From Gemmatimonadota bacterium (GTDB lineage: Bacteria; Latescibacterota; UBA2968; UBA8231), in assembly GCA_038153405.1 (NCBI GenBank), contig JAYOYH010000017.1:28352-91175 (forward strand): a stretch of DNA of 62,824 nucleotides, given 5' to 3'. This document shows, piece after piece, positions 38,447 to 47,887 of this stretch. Position 1 is the stretch's first letter, and every line of letters starts with the position of its first letter. The notes beneath the pieces are model-generated. The model did no database searches and was not told the origin of the DNA. It worked only from the letters and a program-made list of their open reading frames with translations. The translations under genes and the position numbers were made by a program.

Positions 38447-39273
38447 TATACCTTCTCGTATACGGCGGGTTGTTTGTAGGTAAAGGGGTGGTTGGCGCTG
38501 GCCAAACTCTCCGAGTGCCCGATAAATAGATGTCCGCCCGGTCGCAGCATTTCGTAGTAGCGGTTGACCAGGCGCTCTTGGGTCTGTCGATCGAAGTAGA
38601 TCATCACATTGCGACAGAGAATAAGGTCGAATGGGCCCTTCATGGGCCAGCGCCCCATTAGATTCAGATTGGCAAAGCGGATTAGAGAGCGAATGGGTTG
38701 GATTACGGAGAAGTGCTCGGGGTCGCTCTGTTCCAAATACGTTTTCACGTAGTGTGGAGGGATGTCGCTTATATGATCAGTGGGATAGATGCCGCGGCGC
38801 GCTTGCTCCAAAATAGAGTCCGATATGTCGGTGGCCAATATGCGCACCGACTTTGCCTTGGGGTGTTTGTCGAGAAGCAACATGCCGAGCGAGTAGGGTT
38901 CTTCGCCCGAGGAGCAGCCCGCACTCCAAATGCGGATGTCGCTCCGTTGCGACCACTGGGGTAAGATGATGCTCGTCAGATAATCGAAGTGGGCCTGTTC
39001 GCGGAAGAAATTGGTCTTGTTGGTCGTCATTGAATCGACCAGCGTTAGCAGTTCGCGTTTAGACTGATCCTTCTCGACGTAGTGTAGATAGGCGTCAAAG
39101 CTGTCTATGCCGAGTGCGCGCATGCGCTTGGTCAGACGGTTTTTTACCAGATTTTCCTTGCCGGCTTTTAAGTCTATTCCGCTAGCCTTATACAGCCAGG
39201 CCTGTATGCGCTCGTAGTGCGCTTGCGTTAGAGTATATTCACCGGGTACGTTGGTCTTAGAACTCATTGTCAT
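38446..39273 (-). CDS. cheR: Chemotaxis methyltransferase
   Basis: TTNKTNFFRE, IWSAGCSSGEEPYS, CRNVMIYF and GHSES; start 39273 or 39267. Confidence 0.95.
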   Translation of the reverse strand: MTMSSKTNVPGEYTLTQAHYERIQAWLYKASGIDLKAGKENLVKNRLTKRMRALGIDSFDAYLHYVEKDQSKRELLTLVDSMTTNKTNFFREQAHFDYLTSIILPQWSQRSDIRIWSAGCSSGEEPYSLGMLLLDKHPKAKSVRILATDISDSILEQARRGIYPTDHISDIPPHYVKTYLEQSDPEHFSVIQPIRSLIRFANLNLMGRWPMKGPFDLILCRNVMIYFDRQTQERLVNRYYEMLRPGGHLFIGHSESLASANHPFTYKQPAVYEKV

Positions 39274-39556
39274 CGTCCACTTTCGCCCGTTAATATACGT
39301 CAATATTCATCGAGTGGGCCAGTGATTTTTTGTTTCGTAAGTTATTTATATTTAGATATTTAAAAATACGAATACAGTTGTAAAAACGGTTGGGTAGCAG
39401 GCCCGCCACGCCGGCTAATAGCGGCGGGGAATGCGTGCTCAGTGCGTGGGGCCGTCGTTGACGGCCGGGCGACTCCAGCGCGACGCTATTGCCGTCGCTG
39501 CTGCGCATGAGCGCGCGCTTATGGAAAACGAGAATTGAGGGAGGGGCTTCTGTGCC

Positions 39557-40054
39557 CTAAGCAGCCTCTTGCACCTGAGCAACGCGGCCCAACTCGGCGC
39601 GCGAGAGCACCCTGTCGATGTTGAGTAGCAGTTTGATGCTGCTCTCCGTCTTGCCAATGCCGAGAATATAATTAATGCTGATGCCCTTATTGCCGAAAGC
39701 GGGGGGCGGCTGAATGGCGCTCGACGCAATGTCGATGACTTCGGATACGCGGTCGACGACAATGCCCATTTCCAATTCCTGCGCCTGAACGACGATGATG
39801 CAGGTCTCGCCGTTTGATTCTACGGTCTCCATGGCAAATTTGGCGCGGAGGTTTACCACCGGGATGACCTTGCCGCGCAGGTTGATGACGCCGCAGAGAA
39901 AGTTGGGCGTGCGCGGCACGGGGGTAATGTCCATCATACCGATGATTTCGCGCACCTTGAGAATCTCTAGGCCGTATTCTTCTCGGTCGAGAAAGAAGGT
40001 GAGGTATTTACCGCCCAAATCGGTCGGCGCATTGTTGTGTACAGCTTCGGTCAT
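39557..40054 (-). CDS. cheW: Chemotaxis coupling protein
   Basis: YLTFFL, GVINLRGKVIPV and GIVVDRVSEV; GGAGA RBS before ATG 40054. Confidence 0.95.
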   Translation of the reverse strand: MTEAVHNNAPTDLGGKYLTFFLDREEYGLEILKVREIIGMMDITPVPRTPNFLCGVINLRGKVIPVVNLRAKFAMETVESNGETCIIVVQAQELEMGIVVDRVSEVIDIASSAIQPPPAFGNKGISINYILGIGKTESSIKLLLNIDRVLSRAELGRVAQVQEAA

Positions 40055-40086
40055 GGTGAAGTATCTCCGCTTGCTTGAGGTATTCG

Positions 40087-43083
40087 CTATTTTTGCGTCA
40101 CGCCGATTTCGCGGCTTTGTGAGACTAGGCCGTTGGCATCTAGTATCAGGCCAATGCAGCCATCGCCGAGAATGGCGCAGCCCGCCAGGCAGGGATCTTG
40201 GCGCAGCTCTTCGTCGAGTCCCTTGATGACGACTTGCTGCAGGCCGATCAATTCGTCGACCAGCAGGCACGTGCGCTCACCATCCGCCTCGATGAGCATG
40301 ACCAAACCCTCCCAGGGAGCGGTGTAGCGGGGCGCAACGCCAAAGCGCTCGTGCAGGCGCAGCAAGGGGTAGAGTTCGCTCTGCACGTTGACCATTTCAC
40401 CCTTGCTCATGACGGTGCAGATTTGCTCGGGGCTCGGGCGCAGGGAAGAAATAATGGAGGTCAGCGGCAATATGTAGCGTTCCGCGCCCACGCCGATGAC
40501 CATACCGTCGATGATCGCAAGCGTAAGCGGTAGCCTGATGGTGAAGGTTGAGCCTTTACCGGGCTTTGACTGGATCTCCACTTTGCCGCGCAACTTTTCG
40601 ATATTGCGCCGCACGACATCCATGCCGACGCCGCGTCCAGAAACGTCGGATATTTGTTCGGCCGTAGAGAGACCGGGGTGAAAGACGAGGTCGTAGACCT
40701 CTTCGTCGCTCAGCTCTTCGTCCACTTGAACAAGGCCGCGCTCGATGGCTTTTTGCAGAACGTGCTCGCGGCTGATGCCGTTGCCGTCATCGCGCAGCTC
40801 AATGACAAAATTGCCGCCCTTGTGATAGGCGTGCAGCGAGACGTGGCCCTTTTCGCTCTTGCCGGCAGCAAGGCGTTTGTCGCTCGATTCCACGCCGTGG
40901 TCTACGGCGTTGCGCACCATATGCGTCAGGGGGTCGAGAATTTCTTCGACGACGTTCTTGTCCAACTCGGTGTCTTCGCCCGACATGGAGAATTCGACCT
41001 GTTTGTCGCATTTGCGCGCTAGGTCGCGCACCATGCGCGCCATGCGTTCAAACGTTGCGCGAATGGGCACCATGCGCATGGACATGGCGATTTCCTGCAG
41101 GTCGGTGGAGATCTTCATTAGCTGCGAGATGTCTTTGGCCAGCTTTTGGTTTTCGGTGTATACAACGTCGGGGTTTTCGTTGACCTGGGTCTGCGCGATG
41201 ACCAATTCGCCGACGATATTGATCAGCGAATCGAGCTTCTCTGTGCCCACGCGCACGTGCAAATCGCGCTGTTTATTGGTGTTTACGGGCTGCGCTGGAT
41301 CCTCCCCAACCGGTGTGCTGGACACTGCCGCTGCAGAGGGCGCGGGAGATGCCGCAGCTTCTGCAGGCACGTCTTTATTGGAGACTACGAGCCGAATTTT
41401 TTCGACGAAGTGCGATACGTCGCGCGGAATGACGGTCCCCGATTCCAACTGATGCTCGACGTTTTGCAAGAGTTCCTTGAGCAAGTCAATGGATTCGAGT
41501 GCGACATCTATAATGGCTTGGTTGAGGACCAGCTGTTTTTTGCGCGCCGAGTCGAGCACGTCCTCTACGGAATGAGCCAGATGCGTGACGTCGGTTAGGT
41601 TGAGAAAACCCGCTGCGCCCTTAATCGTGTGGAAGGCGCGGAAGATCGTGTTGAGCAATTCGTCGTCTTCCGGGTGGTCTTCTAGAGAGAGCAGGGCATT
41701 TTCCGCGTTGTTCAGATGCTCCCCTGCTTCGGAGGAGAAATCGGCAAAGATGTCTTCGTCGACTTCGACGGCGGCGAGTTCTTCTGGTTCATCGTCGTTG
41801 AGGAATTCGTTTTGGGAGCCACTCATTGCCGCATCGTCTGCCGCGATGAGCTGTGCCTCCGGACTCAAGCTCGGCGTCGAACGTGCCGGGTCGTCTACGC
41901 CGCCCATGGCGAGAATCTGCTCGAATAGGAGGTCGTCCTCAACGACTTCTTCACCGCCTTCTTCGAAACTGGTGCGCAGCGCGCGCAGCGCGCCGCATCC
42001 GTGTGACAGCAGATCCATAGCTTCATCGACGTCGCATTCTTCGAGGATGATATTCTCGAGAATCTTTCCCATCGCCGTCGCCAGCAGCGCGGTGCGCGGC
42101 GTCTCATCGGCCAGGTGGGCCGCCGTGTCTTCCAACTGGCCGCTGAGAAGGCCCAGCGTGCTCAGGTCGTTTATGTTGAGTGCGTAGAAGTCTTGCTCAA
42201 TGCCGTCAATTTCTATGAGCATGGGACTGGCTACTGAACCCGCTGGGCTGGCGTCACTATCACGCTCTGTGCTCATATCGTTCTCGTCGGAGATTGCACT
42301 GGCCCGATCGACCAGCGCGCCCAATGTGCGCAGGCGCTCCATGAAGGACGCGGTGTGCGGTTTGGCAACGGATTGTCCCTGCATCGCCGCGCTCGTCGAC
42401 TCGATGAGTCCGCGCAGCAGGTCTATAGACTCGATGCCGACGTCGCATATGGAGGGCTGCATGGCCACCTGCCCAGAGCGCACGACGTCCAATATGCTCT
42501 CAACGCCATGCGCCAGTTGAATGACGTCGATCAGGTTGGCGTAGCCGGCAGCGCCTTTGAGCGTGTGGTAGGCGCGGAAGAGGGGATCGAGCTGAGAGGT
42601 GTCGTCGGGATCGGTCTCGAGCGAGAGCCAGATGCCTTCGGCGGCGTCGATGTGTTCTGCGGCTTCTTCCGTAAAACAGTCGAATGCGTATCGGTCAATG
42701 GCGCGAACGTCTATCTGCTCTTCGTAGTCAGTAGTTGCTGTGGAAGCCGATTCGGCATGAGCATCTTGCGGGCCGTATGCCGCGATGCGGTCGTAAAGCT
42801 GTGGGTCGTCTACCTGCGTAGAGCCGCGTTGGTTCGTCGCATAGAGTCGCTGCAATAGGGAGATGCCTTCGGCCAGCAGATCGAGAGCATCGGGTGAATC
42901 GCCAATTTGCTCGGCTATAACCTGAAGGCCGAGCGCCAGGCGCGCGCTCTGCGGATGTTGGTTCAGCAGGGGAACTAGGTTGGCAATGCCCTTGCCAAGT
43001 GCCTGAGCGCTGCCCTGAGGATCGGCATCGGCAATCATGACGACGCCGGCTAATTGTTCAATGGCAATCTGTGTGCTGTCCAT
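40087..43083 (-). CDS. cheA: Chemotaxis histidine kinase with two Hpt domains
   Basis: FRAYHTLKG and FRAFHTIKG Hpt motifs, LINIVGELV, HMVRNAVDHG, SGRGVGMDVV, C-terminal CheW domain. Confidence 0.95.
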   Translation of the reverse strand: MDSTQIAIEQLAGVVMIADADPQGSAQALGKGIANLVPLLNQHPQSARLALGLQVIAEQIGDSPDALDLLAEGISLLQRLYATNQRGSTQVDDPQLYDRIAAYGPQDAHAESASTATTDYEEQIDVRAIDRYAFDCFTEEAAEHIDAAEGIWLSLETDPDDTSQLDPLFRAYHTLKGAAGYANLIDVIQLAHGVESILDVVRSGQVAMQPSICDVGIESIDLLRGLIESTSAAMQGQSVAKPHTASFMERLRTLGALVDRASAISDENDMSTERDSDASPAGSVASPMLIEIDGIEQDFYALNINDLSTLGLLSGQLEDTAAHLADETPRTALLATAMGKILENIILEECDVDEAMDLLSHGCGALRALRTSFEEGGEEVVEDDLLFEQILAMGGVDDPARSTPSLSPEAQLIAADDAAMSGSQNEFLNDDEPEELAAVEVDEDIFADFSSEAGEHLNNAENALLSLEDHPEDDELLNTIFRAFHTIKGAAGFLNLTDVTHLAHSVEDVLDSARKKQLVLNQAIIDVALESIDLLKELLQNVEHQLESGTVIPRDVSHFVEKIRLVVSNKDVPAEAAASPAPSAAAVSSTPVGEDPAQPVNTNKQRDLHVRVGTEKLDSLINIVGELVIAQTQVNENPDVVYTENQKLAKDISQLMKISTDLQEIAMSMRMVPIRATFERMARMVRDLARKCDKQVEFSMSGEDTELDKNVVEEILDPLTHMVRNAVDHGVESSDKRLAAGKSEKGHVSLHAYHKGGNFVIELRDDGNGISREHVLQKAIERGLVQVDEELSDEEVYDLVFHPGLSTAEQISDVSGRGVGMDVVRRNIEKLRGKVEIQSKPGKGSTFTIRLPLTLAIIDGMVIGVGAERYILPLTSIISSLRPSPEQICTVMSKGEMVNVQSELYPLLRLHERFGVAPRYTAPWEGLVMLIEADGERTCLLVDELIGLQQVVIKGLDEELRQDPCLAGCAILGDGCIGLILDANGLVSQSREIGVTQK

Positions 43084-43150
43084 AGCGAACGAGTCTCGTT
43101 GGTATTGCGCAGTGAGGAAATGCGTTGACAAGGGTCAAAAGATAGTACAA

Positions 43151-43166
43151 TGCAAGTTATATGCCA
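43151..43166 (-). promoter_or_regulatory. sigma54 (-24/-12) promoter of cheA
   Basis: TGGCAT-ATAAC-TTGCA on the minus strand; AT-rich, IHF-like tract upstream (~43190-43230). Confidence 0.75.
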
Positions 43167-43344
43167 GCCTTGTCCAATTGCCGGAGTATTACATAAGAAA
43201 ATGATTATAAATAACTTATGTTATTTTGAGAAAAGCAGTACTACGGGTGGATCGGTGAAATGGCGATCTGTGCGACGGCAAAGGGCGGCACTTTTTACAC
43301 GCGTCGGCGCGGTCAGGCTGCAGTATGAGGGAAGGGGCGGGGGG

Positions 43345-44007
43345 TTACGATGCCTGTGACCGATGTGGATTGACCGCTTCAATGATGCGCTGGCTGCTCT
43401 TGTCGAGGGCGCTCATAATCTCGGGCATGGCCGCCAGCAGTTCGGCGATGGCCACTTCCCGTTCAAGGTGTTTGCGCAGGGCCGGTTCCGTTTGCACCCA
43501 TAGCTGTTGAAAGCGGTCCAAATCGCTGCGCAGCGCATCGTTGGCACTGCGCACGTTCTGCGCCAAGCCCTCCGGCGTGATGGCAGCAGCCTGCTCCGGC
43601 GATATGTGTGCCAGGCGCTGGGTCGCTTGTAAGAGATCGCTTTCCAGCTGCTGGCGTTCGGCAACGCGCGAAACGATGCGGGTTAGTTCGTCCAGCTTTA
43701 CGGGTTTGCGCAGGAAGGCAAAAGCACCGTTATCGAGGGCAGAGGTAGCCGTTGCCACGTCGCTGTGTCCCGTTATTAACACGACGGGCAGAGCCGGGTT
43801 GCGCACGCGCAGTGCTGCCAGCAGTTCGAGGCCGTCCATATGGGGCATTTTGACATCGCTGATGACCAGGTCGGGTGCCCCATCGGCAACGAGCGCCAAG
43901 CCTTCGACGCCATCTGTGGCGCTGTGCACGCAGTGGCCCGAGCGCTGTAGAAAGGGCGTGAGCGATTGGTGGATAATGGGTTCGTCGTCTATGAGCACTA
44001 TGTTCAC
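43345..44007 (-). CDS. Response regulator: REC domain plus helical C-terminal extension
   Basis: IVLIDDE, ISDVKMP, ITG and RKP; GGAG RBS before GTG 44007. Confidence 0.85.
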   Translation of the reverse strand: MNIVLIDDEPIIHQSLTPFLQRSGHCVHSATDGVEGLALVADGAPDLVISDVKMPHMDGLELLAALRVRNPALPVVLITGHSDVATATSALDNGAFAFLRKPVKLDELTRIVSRVAERQQLESDLLQATQRLAHISPEQAAAITPEGLAQNVRSANDALRSDLDRFQQLWVQTEPALRKHLEREVAIAELLAAMPEIMSALDKSSQRIIEAVNPHRSQAS

Positions 44008-44272
44008 GTGCGGATCTCCGTCGTTAGCACACCGCCGCCGATTGGTTGGCTGTCTGATGCGTCTCGATTCGGGCGCGCGCAGGTCCTGTGATGCTGCTAC
44101 GCGCTGCGCTGCGCGTACTGGGGGCGTTGGGGAGATCGAGGGAGATGGGGTTAAGCGCTGGCGCATCAGGCGCATCGCGCGGCCCAAGGGTATTGCTCAT
44201 GCCGTTACATTTGCTCGGTTGGTTGACCAACGGATGGGTATTGCCAATTTAAAACACGCTGTCCGGTTTGCA

Positions 44273-44288
44273 CGCAACAACTATGCCA
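44273..44288 (-). promoter_or_regulatory. sigma54 (-24/-12) promoter upstream of the response regulator
   Basis: TGGCAT-AGTTG-TTGCG on the minus strand. Confidence 0.65.
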
Positions 44289-44419
44289 ACGATTGGGTAT
44301 GGGTATAACTATCTGATTCGCATGAGATTGCTACCGGTCTACGCAATGGCCCCTTATGGCAACTTAATACCAAATAGCGGTTTAGCATCGCGTTTTGGCG
44401 ATATGATGCAAAATGCGCC

Positions 44420-45838
44420 TCAGCCATCGGAGATGTCGTATTTCTTTAGCCGGTAGCGCAGCGCGTCGTGCCCGATTCCCAGATAGCGCGCTGCTTCGGT
44501 CTGGTTGTTATTGGCTTTAAGGAGGGCGCGCCGTATCGCTCGCTCTTCGATTTGTGCCAGATTAAAGTCGTCTCGGTCGTCTACGCTGGGCGTTTTGCCG
44601 TATGCAGTTTGGCTTTCCTCAAGGGAATAGAAGGCCAGATCAGTAAACTCGCGTCTGCTCAGCGCGGTGCCATCGCAGAGGATGACGGCGCGTTCGATCA
44701 AGTTGCGCAATTCGCGAATATTGCCCGGATAGGCGTAGTGCTTGAGCAACTGCTGTGCGCCGTCGTCAATGCGTTCGATATTCTTGCCAAACTCTGCGGC
44801 AAATTGGCGCAGAAAGTGATAGGCCAGCAGTAGAATATCGTCACCGCGCTCGCGCAGAGGAGGCAGTTCAATGGCAAATACGTTGAGGCGAAAAAATAAA
44901 TCTTGGCGAAAAGAGCCTTTTTCCTGCATCTGTTGCAGGTTCTGATGCGTAGCCGTTACGAGCCGCACGTCGATGGGTATTTCGCGGTCGCCGCCGACGC
45001 GGCGGACTTTGCGCTCTTCTAGGGCGCGCAGAATTTTCGCCTGTGCCGCCAGACTCATATCGCCTATTTCATCCAAGAATAGCGTGCCGCCAGCGCTCAG
45101 TTCAAACATGCCTTTGCGCGCACTCTTGGCGTCGGTAAAGGCGCCCTTTTCGTGGCCAAAAAGCTCGCTTTCAAAGAGCGTTTCTGGCACGGCTGTGCAG
45201 TTGAGGGTGACAAAGGGCTTGTTTTGGCGCGGGCTGCGCTCGTGCAGGGCGCGGGCAAAGAGTTCTTTACCCGTGCCGCTTTCGCCGCGAATGAGCACGG
45301 TGGTGCGATCCGTCTGCGAAACCTTGTCGACTAGGGCCAGCGCCGACTTAATAACCTGGCTTTCGCCAATGATCTCGCCGTTTTTGGCGCGCCGCTCGGA
45401 GCGCATGATGCGGTCGAGCTGTTCGTGCATGCGGTCTCGCTCGCGGCGCAGCGCACCGTAGCGCTGCGTGCGTTGCAGAGAGGCCAGCAGGTCGGGTGCC
45501 TTGACCGGTTTGGTAAAGAAGTCAAAAGCGCCGAGACGCAGCGCTTCAATAGAGGCTTCCATATCGCCGTAGCCCGTGATGAGGATAACTTCAACCTGGG
45601 CATCCAGCCCCTGCAGGCGCTCGAGTAGTTCGATGCCGCTGAGGCCGGGCATGCTGATATCGCTGATGATGATATCGGCGCCGTGGTCGGAGAATTTCTT
45701 TAGGCCCTCGTCACCGCTATGGGCGTATTGCATCTGGCAGCCCATCTTTTCGAGTAGAGGACCGATGCTTTTGTGGATGATATCCTCGTCGTCGATGAGC
45801 AATAGTTTTAAATCGCGCAGATGGTGTGCATCGGGCAT
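44420..45838 (-). CDS. NtrC-family sigma54-dependent response regulator (REC-AAA+-Fis HTH)
   Basis: GESGTGKE, ESELFGHEKGAFTDA, LFLDEIG, YPGNIREL, C-terminal HTH. Confidence 0.95.
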   Translation of the reverse strand: MPDAHHLRDLKLLLIDDEDIIHKSIGPLLEKMGCQMQYAHSGDEGLKKFSDHGADIIISDISMPGLSGIELLERLQGLDAQVEVILITGYGDMEASIEALRLGAFDFFTKPVKAPDLLASLQRTQRYGALRRERDRMHEQLDRIMRSERRAKNGEIIGESQVIKSALALVDKVSQTDRTTVLIRGESGTGKELFARALHERSPRQNKPFVTLNCTAVPETLFESELFGHEKGAFTDAKSARKGMFELSAGGTLFLDEIGDMSLAAQAKILRALEERKVRRVGGDREIPIDVRLVTATHQNLQQMQEKGSFRQDLFFRLNVFAIELPPLRERGDDILLLAYHFLRQFAAEFGKNIERIDDGAQQLLKHYAYPGNIRELRNLIERAVILCDGTALSRREFTDLAFYSLEESQTAYGKTPSVDDRDDFNLAQIEERAIRRALLKANNNQTEAARYLGIGHDALRYRLKKYDISDG

Positions 45839-45841
45839 GAA

Positions 45842-47752
45842 CTAGCGGTATCCTTTTTGGTCTATTGGCAGGGAAACGCAAAATGTGGCCCCTATTCCCG
45901 GCCTGTTCTCAACGCGGATTTCGCCGCCGTGCTTGCGGACGATTCCGTACGATATGGACAGGCCAAGTCCGGTGCCCTGTCCAACCTGTTTGGAGGTGAA
46001 AAAGGGGTCGAAAATATGCTTTACGATGCGCTCGGGAATGCCGCCGCCCGTATCGGAAACGCGCAGCAGCAGCGCGCCGTCCCGTCGAAGGGCTTCGACG
46101 GAGAGGACGGGTTCCCACTGGGCGTCTCTGCCGCTATCGGCCACGCTCTGTGCAATGCGTTCGTCCATGGCCTGGCGCGCATTGGTGATGAGATTGAGTA
46201 GAACTTGCTCCACCTGCTGGGGCCAGCCCAAACAGGTCGGCAGCGCATCTTCTATTTTTTTATCTATGCGGATTCCGTGTCCATTGAGCTGGGTCTCAGC
46301 CAGCTTGAACGCGTTGTCAATGACCTCAGCTAGGGTAAACGATACAGGCTCTTCCTCGGAAGTCCTGTTGCGCGAGAAGTCGCGCATGTGATTGATGATA
46401 TTGCTCATGCGATCAACCTGGTCGACGATGTCCTCGAGGGTTGAACGCACGTCCTCTATTTTTACTTCCCAGCCATAGCGCATACTGAGGAGAATGGTTT
46501 CGGCAAAGGTGCGAATGCCGCTGAGGGGCTGATTGAGTTCGTGCGCAACCCCTGCGGCCATTTCTCCTAAGGCGTGTAGGTGGCTCGTCTGCAGCAGCTT
46601 GAACTGCTGGGCATGCGCGTCGATACACCGCGAGACGGCATCGGCCAGTTTATCCACAAGTTCGCGCTGTATATCGATGTGGTCGGGTTTCTGCGAAGAG
46701 AAAATTTCTAGGCTGCCCTGCCCGATTTCGCCAAGCTGCAGCGGCGCGCTGATATAGGGCTTGGCATCGGCGGGAATAGGCCCACAGGTGCTCTGGCGGT
46801 CGGCCGTCGTTATGCGCACGCCAACGGGGTTGAAATAGCTCAGGCATTCGATGAGTGCGGGCCCGATTTCCGTCAGCGGGTCCGGTGCATTGATAAACGA
46901 GCTCGTCTCGCTGCGGAAGGAGAGCGCTCTTTGGCTACACCCGTCGCGCAGGTGCTGATCGCGCAGCAGCTGCACCTGCAGCGTCTGGTCTTGCAGCAGC
47001 AGGCAGATCAAATCGCGCGGTGTTTCACTCTCTGTTTGCCCTGCGGCAAATGCCGTTGCGCAGTAGTGGCGAACACCTGCCGGGTTTGAAGGCGAATGTA
47101 TGCTTACTGCAATGGCCGGGCTGTTGCCGTCGTGTGCGAGCGTTTCAACGAGCTGTAAAAAGGGCTGGGGGTTGACGCCAGCCTGCATCAGTAGTGCGTC
47201 CAGCGCGTGCCCGGAGGGAATGGGGTCGCACAGCGAAAGTGCGCCGTAGAACGGCGCGTTGGCCCTGTGTATGGCGAACCCACGGTCGATGAGGCAAACG
47301 GGAAAGGGCAGCTTGCACAGCGCATCGATATCGACTACGCACGTCCGTCCGGCGGGCGGTGGCTGCGCCGCAATCTTTTGTTCGAGCGCCTTTATGCAGT
47401 CCTGTTGCCGGCGCCTGTCCGAGGCGGTCCGAGCTCTGTCGAGGGCTGTGCCGAGCGGGTCGTCGTGCAGCGGTTTTTGCAAAACGGCCAGTGTGCCTTC
47501 TATCGCGGCGTAGGCCGCTGTCTCCCTGTCGATACGGCGGGAGAGGACGATAACGGGCATATCTGCGCCGCTGGCGCGCACGTCTTCCATATTGGACGCG
47601 GCGGTTATGACCAGGTCGATGGCATTGGCGCGCAACGCTTCCACGCCGGCTTTGATATGGTGGGCCACGAGCACCATATCGCCGCGTTTCTCCGCGTGTC
47701 GCTGGAGCGCCGCGAGCGCAACCTCGTCGTCGTCGATTATGAGAATATTCAT
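45842..47752 (-). CDS. Sensor histidine kinase with N-terminal pseudo-receiver and PAS-like region
   Basis: AHELNQPL, NLITNA, DTGGG and GTGLGL; receiver reads DLVITA (no phospho-Asp). Confidence 0.9.
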   Translation of the reverse strand: MNILIIDDDEVALAALQRHAEKRGDMVLVAHHIKAGVEALRANAIDLVITAASNMEDVRASGADMPVIVLSRRIDRETAAYAAIEGTLAVLQKPLHDDPLGTALDRARTASDRRRQQDCIKALEQKIAAQPPPAGRTCVVDIDALCKLPFPVCLIDRGFAIHRANAPFYGALSLCDPIPSGHALDALLMQAGVNPQPFLQLVETLAHDGNSPAIAVSIHSPSNPAGVRHYCATAFAAGQTESETPRDLICLLLQDQTLQVQLLRDQHLRDGCSQRALSFRSETSSFINAPDPLTEIGPALIECLSYFNPVGVRITTADRQSTCGPIPADAKPYISAPLQLGEIGQGSLEIFSSQKPDHIDIQRELVDKLADAVSRCIDAHAQQFKLLQTSHLHALGEMAAGVAHELNQPLSGIRTFAETILLSMRYGWEVKIEDVRSTLEDIVDQVDRMSNIINHMRDFSRNRTSEEEPVSFTLAEVIDNAFKLAETQLNGHGIRIDKKIEDALPTCLGWPQQVEQVLLNLITNARQAMDERIAQSVADSGRDAQWEPVLSVEALRRDGALLLRVSDTGGGIPERIVKHIFDPFFTSKQVGQGTGLGLSISYGIVRKHGGEIRVENRPGIGATFCVSLPIDQKGYR

Positions 47753-47887
47753 GGCGGTATTTGATTTGGGTATACCTAATATACCTTTATTGTTACAATT
47801 GAGTAGCGCGGGCTTTTTTAGCGCGGTTTGAGTGCGAATGCCCTATCGGTTTCGCATACTACACCGGACGTAATGTGCTGGGAGAAA

